A stretch of 56,360 bases of DNA, the filler included, from Dugesia japonica (lineage: Eukaryota): the NCBI GenBank assembly GCA_001938525.1. It is 4 parts of 4 records of this genome, joined end to end, with 100 filler letters (N's around TTAATTAATTAA, not from the genome) between each part and the next. Parts side by side here need not be neighbours in the genome. Positions count along the whole stretch, not along the records: positions 34,663 to 56,360 come from MQRL01641341.1; 3 more parts are not named here. The stretch is one strand, 5' to 3'. The translations under genes and the position numbers were made by a program. Shown here in pieces: positions 36,570 to 49,400 of this stretch; position 1 is the first letter of the stretch; every line of letters begins with the position of its first letter. The notes under the pieces are model-generated. The model was given only the letters and a program-made list of their open reading frames with translations, was not told the origin of the DNA and did no database searches.

Positions 36570-39010
36570 AATAGTTATTAGCTATCAATATTCACGATAA
36601 GATATGGAACAAAAAAATACAGAGATTTATTAGTTATCGAGATCCACGATAATTTATGGCAAAAAATCATACACAGGGTTCTAAATTATCGAAATCTAGG
36701 ATAATATATGGCACAAAATTATACGCAGGGTTATCAGAAATCATGATAATATATGGCTTAAAATCATACACAGGGTTATTAGTTATCAAGATCCACGATA
36801 ACATATGACACAAAATCATACACATGGTTATCAGTTATCGAGGTCCACGATATGATATAGCACAAAATAATACAAATAGTTATCCGTTATCGAGATCCAC
36901 GATACGATATGGCACAAAATCATACACATGGTTAACAGTTTTCAAGGTCCTTGGTGATGTGTGGCACAAAATGAAACACAGGAATATCTGTTATCGAAAT
37001 CTAAGATAATACATGGCATAAAACGAAACAGAGGGTTATCAGTTATCGAGATCCACGATAATATATATCACAAAATAGAAAAAAGGGTTATCAGCTGTCG
37101 AGTTCCATGATAACATATTGCACAAAAAAACACAGGGATATCAGTAATTGAGATCAACGATAAGATATGGCACAAAATAAAACACATGGTTATCAGTTAT
37201 CGAGATTTACAATAAGATAAAGCACAAAATATTACAGTGTTATTATTTATCGAGATCCACGATAATATATGGTACACAATAGAAAAAAAGGTTATCAGTT
37301 ATTGAGATCCACGATAAGATATGGCACAAAATATTACACATTGTTATTATTTATCGAGATCCACAATAATATATTGCACAAAATCAAATAGAGGGTTATT
37401 AGTTATCGAGATTCCTGATAAGCTATAGCACAAAATTAAACACAGGGTTATCAGTTTATGAGATAAACGATAAGATATGGCACAAAATATTACACAGTGT
37501 TACTATTTATCGAGATCCACGATAATATATTGCACAAAATGAAACACAGGGTTATCAGTTATCGAGATCCCCGATAATATATATCACAAAATATATATCA
37601 GCTGTTGAGTTCCACGATAACATATTGCACAACAAAAACACAGGGATATCAGTTTATGAGATCAATGATAATATATGGTACAAAATAATACATAGTGTTA
37701 TTTTTTGTCGTGATCAACGATAACATATGGCACAAAATAAAACACATGGTTATCAGTTATCGAGATTTTTGATAAGATAAAATGAAACACAGGGGTATCA
37801 GTTGTCGAGATTCACGATAATATATGACTGCAAATCATACACAGGGTGATCAGTTATCGAGTGTCACGATAGGATATGGCACAAACTAAATTACATTGTT
37901 ATCAGTTATTGAGATCGACGATAACATATGGCACAAAATAAAACACAGGGTTACCAGTTATTAGGATCTACGATAAAATGTGGCACAACGCTATACACAA
38001 TGCAATCAGTTATCGAGATCCAAGATAAGATTTTGCACAAATTGAAACACAGTGTTATCAGTTATCCAGATCCCTAATAATATAAGGCAGAAAATGAAAC
38101 ACTGATTTATCAGTTTTTGAGATACACGATAAGATTTGGCACAAATTAAAACAAAAGGTTATAAGTTATCGAGATTTGAAATAAGAATTGACACATAATT
38201 ATTACACAGGGTTATCAGTTATCGTGATCCACGATAGAATATGGCACCTAATGAAAAATAGTGTTATCAGTTATCGAGATTTACAATAAGATATAACACA
38301 AAATAAAACACAGTGTTATCAGTTATCGAGATCAACGATAAAATATGGCACAAAATAGAAAACAGGGTTATTAGCTATCGAGATCTACGATAGCATATTG
38401 CACAAAATTATACACAGTGTTACTAATTATCGAGATCCATGATAAGATATGGCACAAAATAATACACAGGGTTATTAATTTTTGAGATCGATGATAATAT
38501 ATGACACAAAATCATACACAGGGCTATCAGTTATCGAGATCTACAATTATAAATTGCACAAAAAGAAACACATTGTTGTCATTTATTGAGATCCCTTATT
38601 ATATATGGCAGAAAATGAAACAAAGGGTTATTAGTTATCGAGATCAACGATAATATATGGCACAAAATAATACACAGGGTTACTAGTTATCAAGATCTAC
38701 GATAACATATGACACAAAATAAAACACAGGGTCATCAGTTATCGAGATCTACGATAAAATATAGCACAAAATAGAAAACAGGGTTATCAGTTATCGAGAC
38801 CTACGATAAGATATGGCTTAAAATAAAACACAGGGTTATCAGTTATCGAAATCCACCATAATGTATGGCACAAAATAGAACACAGGTTTATCAGTTATCG
38901 AGATTGTTTATAAGATATCACACAAAATGAAACACAGGGTTATCAGTTATTGAGATCCACCATACAATATGGCACAAAAATATACACAGTGTTATCAGTT
39001 ATTGAGATTA
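36570..39010 (+). repeat. 52-bp satellite, about 47 diverged copies
   Basis: Consensus about GATATGGCACAAAATAAAACACAGGGTTATCAGTTATCGAGATCCACGATAA. The AGATC motif recurs at 52-nt spacing (38641, 38693, 38745). Confidence 0.95.
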
Positions 39011-39109
39011 TTAAGGCTTGTAAACACAAAAAATAGAAAATCAATGAGACGAGTAATGAAAAATCAATGTGGTGGTTTTATAGCAGCATTAGCTTCATTA
39101 GGCTTAACT

Positions 39110-39365
39110 CATTTTAAAAGAGCAATGGTTGACTTTAATGTTGGTGTCAATGTTGAAAGGATTTATGGTAAATGTATCTAATAGAAATGATTTCATATTC
39201 AAAGAATAATAAAGATTACAAGTATATTCTTTGTTATTTATAATTTTATTGAATAGATTTGCAAGGATTTTCTGGTTTAAAGGAAACAGAATGTATAAGC
39301 AATACTATGGATAAAACAAAGTGTGATATAAGTATCCCAAATAGTCAATTAAGACAAAAATTCAG
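39110..39365 (+). pseudogene. Polinton retroviral-like integrase fragment
   Basis: MYLIEMISYSKNNKDYKYILC...RFA resembles QADLVDMxxYSKxNxGYKYILTVIDxFSRFAW. Heavily deleted. Confidence 0.6.
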
Positions 39366-40366
39366 ATGAAATCAAATAGTTTTCATACACTTTTACCGAT
39401 TAAAAGTAGTCCGTTAGTTCATCAAAATAATACTGCTAGTATATTTGAGCTTCAAAATCCAATTTACATGGATGGTAATTGGGAAGGTGCAATGATACAC
39501 CTATGTATATTTAGCCATGCCAATTCACAGTCAATCTAGGATTATATATGAATTATTTAAAATAATTCAGAACGAGCTATTAATTGTAGTTATCCATAAA
39601 GAAAAAACAGTTCTTTTAATTGTTACTAGTAAAAACAAATATCAAAATAATAGGGAAACAGACATACAAGCAAAGAATAAAAATACGATATCCTTTAGTA
39701 GGGATATTAAATTCCACATTTCATCATTTGATACTATATAAAATTCGGAAAGAGTTTTGTATGATAGAGCTAATGTACCACAAAAGGGTAATATTGTAGG
39801 TCTTGATACTAGTAAACATATTGATGATAAAACTTTTGCTATTCGATTTCATACCTTTAAAAAGGATGATTCTGTTGAACAAATAAAAATTAATTATTAT
39901 TAACTAAACATTATTTTCAATTTGAAACCAAGATAAATCATTTAAATTTTCATTGTCAAGACAAACTAAAAGTATTAAAATCGATAGAATCTTAAAAAAA
40001 TCATTAGGAATAAATAAATCGCAATTTATTCGAATACAAATTAGTGATAAACAACTAAAATATGAAAGCATCAAGAAACCAATAATATTAAAGGGTTATA
40101 ATGAAATGTACATCTAATGTAGTATTGTTGAACCTATTGTTGTTGGTGATGTTAATGTTTCTTTATTGAAAGCAATGTGGATAAAACAGCATAAAAACGA
40201 TGAAGTAGTTCAAATAAATGTTGATCATCCAATGTATTTACCTATTTCTTCGTCATTTATAAACAATATATAAATCAATTTACGCGATGATAGTGGGAAA
40301 CTAATCAACTTTGCCGAAGACTCAAAAACTCGTTTTACTCTACATTTTAGAAAAATTAACATTTAA
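39366..40366 (+). pseudogene. Polinton minor capsid (penton, PX)
   Basis: N-terminus SFHTLLPIKSSPLVHQNNTAS..LQNPIYMDGNWEGAM. C-terminus MYI*CSIVEPIVVGDVNVSLLK, PMYLPI, INLRDDSGKLINF, LHFRK. Confidence 0.8.
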
Positions 40367-40406
40367 CATTGTTACATGCAAATATTCAAAGAAGAAGAAA
40401 ATTCAG

Positions 40407-40614
40407 ATGAAATCAAATAATTTCTTTACTCTTTTACCAAGTAAAATCTGTCCTATTATTCATCCTGATAATAATGCTAGTCAATTCATTACTTACCCAT
40501 TTCAACATCCTGTATAAACAATATAGAAATTAATATACGGGATGATAACGGAAAATTAATCAAGTTTTTTCAAAAGACTCATTTAACTTTACATTTTAGA
40601 AAATTAAATAATGA
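40407..40614 (+). pseudogene. Second, internally deleted minor-capsid copy
   Basis: MKSNNFFTLLPSKICPIIHPDNNASQF fused to IEINIRDDNGKLIKF..TLHFRK. Confidence 0.75.
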
Positions 40615-40790
40615 ATCGTAATATTTTTTCAATGTATATTACTAGTCAAGCATGCAGAGAACAGTCTTACTTTCTAGGAAAATAATATGGATCTGGTTGG
40701 TTGCAAACAATAGGTAAATTTGCTTTGCTTATTATTAAACGAATTGGTTCATTTGGTATGAAGAACAGCTCAAAATGTACTAGCTAATAA
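40611..40790 (+). pseudogene. Polinton PW-like small protein
   Basis: MNRNIFSMYITSQ..YFLGK*YGSGWLQTIGKFALLIIKRIG (QxGxG plus amphipathic helix), located between the minor and major capsid genes. Confidence 0.55.
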
Positions 40791-40799
40791 TGGAAAAAT

Positions 40800-41896
40800 A
40801 CTACCGAAAATGTCTTTCCTATGAATTTAATTTCCGAATCGCAAAGCGATGAAGAATTTTTCATAAATGGATCTCAAACATAATATTTGAATTTGAATGA
40901 TACTTTATTGTATATTAAAGTGAAGGTAGTTGATAAGGATGGTAAAGATTTGACTAATAAGGATGATTCAGCTCCTAGTAACTAAATGTTTCATACACTT
41001 TTTAAGGATGTAATTCTTTCGTTTAATAATTTCAAAATTGAAGGTGGAAATGGATCTTATCTTCACAAAGCATTAATTAAAACTATCATAAATTATAATG
41101 GTAATAGTATAAATAGATATCTTGCAACAATGGGCTATGAAACATATGCAGATAGAAAAAAGTAAAATTAAAACCATTTTCTCTATGTGATTCATTACAA
41201 CTTGGTTTCATGGATCAACCGAAATACCTTATTCTTGATGTCAATGTTCATTTTCGATTGAAACGATCATCTTCTAAGATTTGTTTAAATTCTGCAGCCA
41301 ATGAAACTAAATATGTATTACTAGATGCAAAATTAATGGTTAGACGTGTACAAGTTGAATTATCAGTACTAGCTTCTCTAATAAGAACCAAGGAAGTCAT
41401 TGCATTTGCAACTAGTAAATAGAGTCAATCGTTTTATAAAGAACAAATCTTTGTTGATCGTCAATTACTTTACTTTGGTTACATTTCAAAGTGGTGAACA
41501 ATAGAATAGTAGTCAAAGTTCAAAGTTTCAAAAATCTAAAAAGCTGTATCCGTTTCCTTGACGAAAAACACTGATTATTGAGAAATATATATTCAATTAT
41601 TTAAAAACTATAATTATGCCACAACATATATGCAATATATAGTAAGAAATATGGGACATTTGAATAAGAATATGAATTTTGAAATAACACTTAGTGATTT
41701 TAAGGATAATTATCTATTCTTAACATTTGTTTTTGCTCCAGATTTTGATATAAATCAGAGTCAATTACCACAACAATGAAATTTGAGATTAGATATCAAG
41801 TTTTACAAAGCTTTAACAACATCAGCATATGTTCTCTTTTATGGAATATTTGAAAAAGAAATTCAAATTAAAGACAATGAAACAGTATTAGTGTAA
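40800..41896 (+). pseudogene. Polinton major capsid protein (PY, double jelly-roll)
   Basis: EFFINGS..LNLNDTLLYIKVKV, FHTLFKDVILSFN..YLHKALIKTIINY, DQPKYLILDV..LLDAKLMVRRV, C-terminal NLRLDIKF.KAL..VLFYGIFEKEIQI. Confidence 0.85.
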
Positions 41897-42924
41897 ATAA
41901 TTGCAATGAAGTAAGAATTATTGTTTAATTTATGGTTTAGTTTATCAGTTCTATACAGATTGNNNNNNNNNNNNNNNNNNNNNNNNNNNNNNNNNNNNNN
42001 NNNNNNNNNNNNNNNNNNNNNNNNNNNTCATACAGCAAATCTATGTGAAGAACATTAGATAACTGTTTACTTGTAAACAACGCTTATTTTAAAAATGAAT
42101 CAACATTACAGATTAAATATTTATTTTAAATATTTATACAAAATAAATGTTTTATTGACAAATAAAATCTTGTTCATTTTTTCCTTTTAAATAATACTAA
42201 GAAAACAAAGTACTCTATTTATAAAACTTGTTATTATTATTTCATATTATTTATTTACTTTTTGTGAACATGACACGAGTATACATTTTACATGAATCGA
42301 GTATGGTTACTTATAATTTTTTTTATAAATAATGTAAGAAAGAAACAAAATTATTATTCAAATATATTTATTAATAAATAAAACAAAAAGAATAATAACA
42401 TCAATTCCGATTAAACAAATAAAATAACACAATGGATGCAAATAAAGTTTAATAAATTTGAATCTCTTTTGGCTCTTCAATACTTCCTTAATTTTGTCCA
42501 TGAATATTGATTGGACAATGAGTTCAATATATTTATGTTTACTCAGTAGACCATTGTCGATCTTGCTTAGTAATTGAATGTCATCAACGGATCCACTAAT
42601 AATTGATTCTGATAATTGTTTAATTTATTTTCCCAATTGATTAATTTCGTCAACGGATCCATTAATAGTTACATCTGTCAGTTTTTTAATTTATCTTTCT
42701 TCTTTATTAATTTTTGATAATATTTTTCAATTGAAAAAGTGGTTAATTTTACGAAAACCATTGCTCGTTATTTTTTAAATTTTCTATTGGTTGTTACTTG
42801 TTTTAAACGAAATTATTGGTTGATGTTTTTAATGATTTAAGTCATTTTCTTACAAGTGATATGATTCGCTTATTTCGTTATAAGTAATATGATTTGTTAA
42901 AATTTCTTTTAATTGTTGCGATAA

Positions 42925-43145
42925 TTGTTCACTGTAATGAATTTTATTATAAAAACGCTTCACTGTAATGATTTATTTTATAAAGTTCCACTTTATAGAA
43001 TCTTTTTTAAAACACGTTCCACTGTAATGAATCTTTTTTATTAAATTTACACAGTAATGAACTTTTTTTAAAAAAGTTTCACTGTAGTGAATTAATTTTT
43101 TTAAAAGTTATATGCTAATGATTTCTTTTTATAAAAAGTTCTACA
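42925..43145 (+). repeat. About 30-bp tandem repeat, about 7 copies
   Basis: Recurring TTCACTGTAATGAAT(T)n..AAAAAGT unit. Confidence 0.75.
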
Positions 43146-44557
43146 CGTTAAGAATTTTTAAAAAAAATAAGAATTTCCTCTTTGTACATTTAAATATAAA
43201 AAGACTCCCCTCTTTGGTTTTTTTATAAGTATTAAACAAATGTACTTTCAATAGTTTTTCAACATACTTGCAACTCACATTTACACAAAAATGTGTCCCT
43301 TTGAGATTTTTAAACTATTCAAACCACTAAAATATAGTAAAAATATTATAATTGCAATAGGGATGCAACTCAGATTTAACACATGAGCAACATACATAAT
43401 CTAAATCACATGTCTACTAATTTTTAATCTCATAAAATCATTAAAAATATACTTGAAAGTCACTTTTGCGTGCAACATACAAAATAAATTAGAAAATTTT
43501 TTTAACTTCTTAAATTATTAATATTGTAATAGGAATGCAACACAGTTGCAACATACAAAAATCATGTGTCTGGGAATTCATAAAACTACTCAAACCACTA
43601 AAAATATAACAAAAATCCATGGTAACTATGTAAATTATTACATGGTTACTAATAATAAATTAATTTTAAAAATTTTTTATTCATATTACCATAATTATAA
43701 TAATTAGAATTATGATAATATGATATTAAACAATCAACAAATATATTGATTGCTTAATTTCATTTTACGATAATTCTTATTATAGTTATTATAGTAATAT
43801 GAAATTAAAATTTTCATTTTTAATTTCAAATTACTTTAGTAATAAAAATGAAACAATCAATATATTTATTGATTGTTTAATTTATATTTACTAAATTGTA
43901 TTTGAAATTAAAAAATGGAGAATTTTATTACCATTTTCTTTCTTTATATGTTAATTTAAATAAAATTTTAATTATATTTTTAAATATTAATTTAAATTTA
44001 AGTAAATAAAAGGTTGCATTAATATATAGCCAATTTTTTTATAAAGGATTCCATAATTATATGGTCTATAATATTTAAAGGTTCCATAGTTATATGGTCT
44101 ATGTTGATGGATCCGTTCCGTTAGACTGTACATGCCAGAGGAGATAATGTATGGAAAGTAAACAAGACTGTTACTGAAACAATGCATGAAAATAATTAAT
44201 AATTTATACTTATAAACTTATAAAAAAAATTTTTTTAAAAAATATGATTTGATCAGAATTCCGATCAAAGAATTCTTAAATCCAAGATGGTTAATAACTT
44301 ATACGGTTTATGTGTGCGCACAAACACAGTAATCCTTGCTAAAAAAATTAATTTTTTGTTTTTAATCAATCGCCAAAAAAATTTAAATTTCCCTATAAAT
44401 ATTTTACAAATTAAAACAAAACTACATCTCCCGCATCCAATCAAAATCCGACTTATGAAATCAAACACAAAATCAAAAACAAATTCAAACAGAAATTCCC
44501 TCGGTTGAGCGGGGTTCGATAACACCTACTGTGTTTGCGCGCTCACATCTACCTTCT

Positions 44558-45934
44558 AGTTATTGGCTGTTTATTATTTCTGTATGCATTTTAAACAGTA
44601 CTNGTACGGTAGACGATTTACTCTTAGAACAAATCACAGAGCTCTAACTTGCATGATGAAGGCAAAGAAACCAATTACGTCGCAATTCTGTGCATGGATT
44701 AATTTGGTCAACATGCTAATGCAGATATGTTATCGAGACTAAGATGTGAGGTATGTGTACAGTATTAAATGTCACATGAAGATGCCAAGAAAGGGAAGAT
44801 TAAAACGAGAAGACTGAACATAATTGAAAAAGAAAAAGAAGATCATTTAAACATTTCTGATGAAACAGATTTGATCAAGAAAATGAAAATTCCGGATAAG
44901 AAACTACATGAAACAATAAAAGAAATACATGAATTATTATTTCATGGAGGAGTTGAAAAGGTGTACATATATATCAGAAGACCAAAGTAGAGAGAACAGC
45001 AAGTAAAAGGAAGACAAAGAGTTTAAAAGCTACAAATTTATTTGATGTGATATTCAGAGATATATGTGGACCCATGGGGGAAAGAAGTGGGCGAAAAAAA
45101 TACATTCTTGTAATAATCGACCAGTACAATAAATATCTGGTTCTTATACCATTGACTAGACAAGTATAAGAAACAATACGAAAAGCTTTTTTGAAAAAGT
45201 GGATACTGAGATTTAAATGTCTAAGAGAGATAAGATTAGATTGTGGAAAAGCTTTTGAATTCAGAGTTGAGAGAGTTTGCACTGAAGCTAGAGATTAAAC
45301 TTTGCTTTTTGAGTCCATATCATCATAATGCAAACGGACAAATTGAGAGACAGTTCAGGATAAATTGAGATTTAATTAATGTAATACTTCAGGAAAAAAA
45401 GACAACAAATTGGGTAGATATTTTACCGGAAATAGAATTTACAATGAACGCAACGAAACAGAAAACAACTGAAAAGAATATGGCTGAGATTGTTTTTAGA
45501 AAGAAAATTAGCAGAGAAAAGTGGTATGAGTCAAACTTTTCAGATAAAAATAAGGAAAGAAATTCAGAAGTGGTCACAAATAGAGAATTCAAAGTGGGTA
45601 ATTTTGTACTCATCAAGGTAGAAACAGGAAATAAAAGCCAAGACAGATTTGAAGGTAATTATCGATTAATTGAGAAAATTCACGAAAGACAACAGTTAGA
45701 AAGAAATGTGTAAAAACTTACGAAGTTTCTTAAGATTGGAGATATGAGAAAATAATTATTAATTTATAATTTCACCCAATAGAAATTGAGTTATATAAAT
45801 ATATATATATTGAAATGCTTTTATTTCAATATTATTTATATTATGAAACATGTGTTGAAGTAGTAAAATAAATGATGTCTCAAAATGTTAGTAGTGATTT
45901 AAAAATGAATTACCAATTGAAGATATACATAACA
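44558..45934 (+). mobile_element. Ty3/Gypsy 3' half: RNase H, integrase, PPT and 190-bp 3' LTR (45745-45934)
   Basis: (E)LLAVYYFCMHFKQY.YGRRF..RTNHRAL, HANADMLSR, HELLFHGG, DICGP..KYILVIIDQYNKY, SPYHHNANGQIERQFR; LTR TG...CA. Confidence 0.88.
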
Positions 45935-45954
45935 ATTATTATTATTATTATTAA

Positions 45955-45991
<37 letters not shown>

Positions 45992-46394
45992 NNNNNNNNN
46001 NNNNNNNNNNNNNNNNNNNNNNNNNNNNNNNNNNNNNNNNNNNNNNNNNNNNNNNNNNNNNNNNNNNNNNNNNNNNNNNNNNNNNNNNNNNNNNNNNNNN
46101 NNNNNNNNNNNNNNNNNNNNNNNNNNNNNNNNNNNNNNNNNNNNNNNNNNNNNNNNNNNNNNNNNNNNNNNNNNNNNNNNNNNNNNNNNNNTATTATTAT
46201 TATTATTATTAATATTATTATTAATATTTTTAATAAATTTTGGAATGTTTTAATTTTAAATTATTTTGCAGATATTTGTAACAATAAAAACGTTTTCGGA
46301 AATGTTATTGCTAAAAATGATGATTATGTGCTCGAGATAGCGCCCAACATAATAAAGGCTCCAGAGAAACCTATTTTATCAACATATTACAACT

Positions 46395-47021
46395 GTAAAT
46401 TTATTATTGATGTTTATGTTAAAACCTAAGAAATACTTTTTAAATAATGTACTTCACAAAATTACGTTTAAGTATATTTTTATATATTTAATTTGAGAAA
46501 TAAATATATATTCTTTTTCTAAAAGCATCAAATAAATCATTCAATTTCTGACTTTAATTAAGCCTACTAGATTGTCTTTCTTCTGAAATTTAGTTTTCAT
46601 TAATTTTATCACCGTCAAAAACTGGCCTTCTATATCTGTCCATTGGTTTTGTGATGGTACAGATCAGACATTTACTACAAAATCTTGAAGGCTTTTGCGA
46701 ACTCTTTCATATTTCCGATCATAAATACTTTGACATAATCCCATATATTCAGTCTTGGACAATAATTCTTTAGGACCTACTCCTTCCAAATATCTTTCCT
46801 GATTGTTGCTTGATCTTGCCTGCTTACTGCAATTAATTTTATGTACTAAGTGCACTCGTCAAACATTCCCAATAAATATTTAGTTACTTCTTTTGCTACT
46901 ATTAACAACCTACAAATGTTCATAAATTATATTTAGTAAAGTGCATTATTTCCTGATCAGTAACTATATGTTTAGCCTTCAACGAATAAGCTTTTGTTTC
47001 TAAAACTATTGACATGTCTAT
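46395..47021 (+). repeat. About 620-bp dispersed repeat 'A', copy 1
   Basis: Colinear similarity with 50767-51372 (e.g. AAGAAATACTTTTTAAATAATGTA, CTGTCCATTGGTTTTG, CATTCCCAATAAATATTT). Confidence 0.85.
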
Positions 47022-47324
47022 CCCAACTTCATTGTCTTTTCACTCAACGCGTTCCGCGTATATAGAGTTTATCTAATCACCGTTTTTTGTCCATGCGTGA
47101 AACAAATATTTAATGATCTATCAAAAATTCTTATCGATCTTTAAACCCGTCGTTTAAAATTTTAATACATCCCCTCACGCCTACTTCCGGGGTAGAAAAT
47201 GTTTTGGGGCTTGGTCACACACATGTTTCCTATTATTTGATTGGTTGAAAATTTTAGGTCTGTAATTACGTAATTGGTGTATAAATTACTGAAATTTGAT
47301 TGGTACAAATTAAATGTGTTGATT

Positions 47325-47779
47325 ACATTATGATGACGACATGGTTGTGTAATAGCGATGTAATGGTCACGTATTAAGTATGCAATCATTACGTAAAAAT
47401 TAATTTGTTTAAATGAAGTAAAATGAATGATTTTTTGTTTAAATTAATTAAAATTATTGATTTTTTGTTAAAATTTACAAAATTGAGATTATTTATTTAT
47501 ATTAGTCGAAATTAATTAATATTTGTTTAAAGTTTAAAGAAATTAATTATTTTTGGGTTTCTTCATGGAAATTTATTGAAAAGCTTGTTTGCTTAAATTA
47601 AACAAAATTTATCAAATGTGATTTTCTTCCCGACAATATTACCATGAAATATTCCCCAGGTAATATTAACATTTATTATTCTCCGGGCAATATTAACATT
47701 AATGTTAATGTTAACATTCCGAGCAACATTAACATTAAATACTCTTCGGGCAATATTAATATTAATATTCAATGTTCTC
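47325..47779 (-). repeat. About 450-bp repeat 'B' with internal ~30-bp subrepeats, inverted copy of 50281-50764
   Basis: Reverse-complement match, e.g. AAAAGCTTGTTTGCTTAAATTAAACAAAATTTATC. Confidence 0.85.
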
Positions 47780-48420
47780 ATTCGTTGAATATTAAATTGT
47801 CCTCCATTTATCACTGCTCCACATTCTCTGAACTGTTTGTGTATGACCTCGTGTATCAGGATCAATACAATTGTATTTATGGTTAACTTTAGCATGTAGG
47901 AATCCTTTTATTTCTATTCTTTTTATTTGGTAACCTTTCCAACTGTCAGAATAAATTGTGCTACCAATCTGCAATGTTTTCAATAATTTCATGAAGAGTC
48001 AGTTATATTCGGAACAGTGATAACAAACCAATCTTTTGTTTCTCTACATTTATACCATCAAACACCACCCACTTTTCCAGTAATACTCGACCACAATTAC
48101 TTTTACGTTTAATAAACAAATTTTCATCAATTTCCACAAAGAAATCTGGTCCACCTACCTTCTTGTTTCGTTTATTCTCCATATCCAAGACACATAATCC
48201 GATAAATCAAGTTGCTTTCAAAAAGTTTAATCGACGTCAACTTTTCGCACCAGCAGTTTTTGAATCTCAAAGCTGAACAAAATCGAATTCTGCTTACCTC
48301 AAACCAGTTGTCAAGTTATCCCACTTGCTGATCACCCTATGTCTTAAAGTACGTTTACCAAAATAAAGTTTCATGTCATGGAAATTGGTACATTAGCGTT
48401 TATTTTGTTTGCTATAATTT
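47780..48420 (-). mobile_element. Merlin (IS1595/ISXO2-like) transposase relic
   Basis: VGGPDFFVEIDENLF.KRK.NCGRVL..KWV, GSTIYSDSWKGY, HAKVNHKYNCIDPDTRGHTQTVQRMW. Confidence 0.88.
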
Positions 48421-49199
48421 AAATATCATTCAATGATAATAAGTTTCTTTACGCATATAATTAGAAATTATTAAGACAAATCGTACTAAAACAGCAGTAA
48501 ATAATACTTCATTAGAATAATTAAATCTACTGCCTCTGCAAAGAAAAAATACAACATTTCAATCCCACAGTGACATACATCTCATCAGAATCTAATTTCT
48601 CATAAACAAAATAATAAAATTAATACGCAACATTTATTGAACTAATGATTCTATTTTGACGATCACTGAGTCTCGAACCTCAGTAGTGACCCCAGTGACG
48701 TCTAATGTTTTACGCTTGAGTCGTTCATTCACAAGCTCCATATAAATTCTAAACCTTTAACTTAAAATAAAATCATTAAGAAAATTATTACAATTAAAGA
48801 AAATATTATCGTTTAATTTAAATAAAAAAAATCCTTACTTATTGTTATAGTTTATCAAATTTATAACAACATTTATCAAAATAAGATTTCATAACATTGA
48901 TCATAATAAATTGTCATACTACATCTATCACAAATCATTATACGTTTTCCTAAATAATCTAAAATAAAATTAATAATATAGCAAATTAAATGAAAATCTT
49001 TCTAGATATTGTTAAAATTTCGGAATAATGATGTTATAATATGAAATTATTCCATTCCTGTCACATTTAAGTAATATGTTAAAACAAAATTATTTAATAA
49101 TTAATAATTGTTTGCCATATTTTAATTAATATGAATTAATGAAAATCCAATTTTAAATAAAATTCATTATAATTTTAAAAAACATTAATTCTAACTGAT

Positions 49200-49400
49200 C
49201 AACTTTAAGATGGTAAATTTTGAATTCAATGAAATTTAAGCTGTTAAATTTTGATTTGTATTAATTATAAGCTGCTGAACTTTGATTTATATTAATTTTA
49301 AGCTGTTAAATGTTTATTTGTATTAATTTTAAACTGTTATATTTTGATTCTTTATGAATTTTAAGCTGATAAAATTTGATTATTATTAAATTTAAATAGA
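49200..49400 (+). repeat. 31-bp tandem repeat, about 6 copies
   Basis: AATTTTAAGCTGTTAAATTTTGATTTGTATT unit. Confidence 0.8.

Larger units (their letters stand above)
39020..44557 (+). mobile_element. Decayed Polinton/Maverick (adintovirus-like) element, right part
   Basis: Ordered relics of a QxGGF protein, integrase, minor capsid (x2), PW and major capsid, followed by repeat-rich DNA and a candidate terminus at 44557. Coding relics are solid; the extent beyond 41896 is inferred. Confidence 0.8.

Noticed and set aside
36570-39010. CRISPR-like appearance of the palindromic repeat array
   Set aside because: No unique spacers, no cas genes, eukaryotic context; the whole unit is repeated.
45872-46429. 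185-aa poly-Ile ORF and other X-containing ORFs (12746, 14409, 53781-54080)
   Set aside because: Artefacts of (ATT)n and N gaps.
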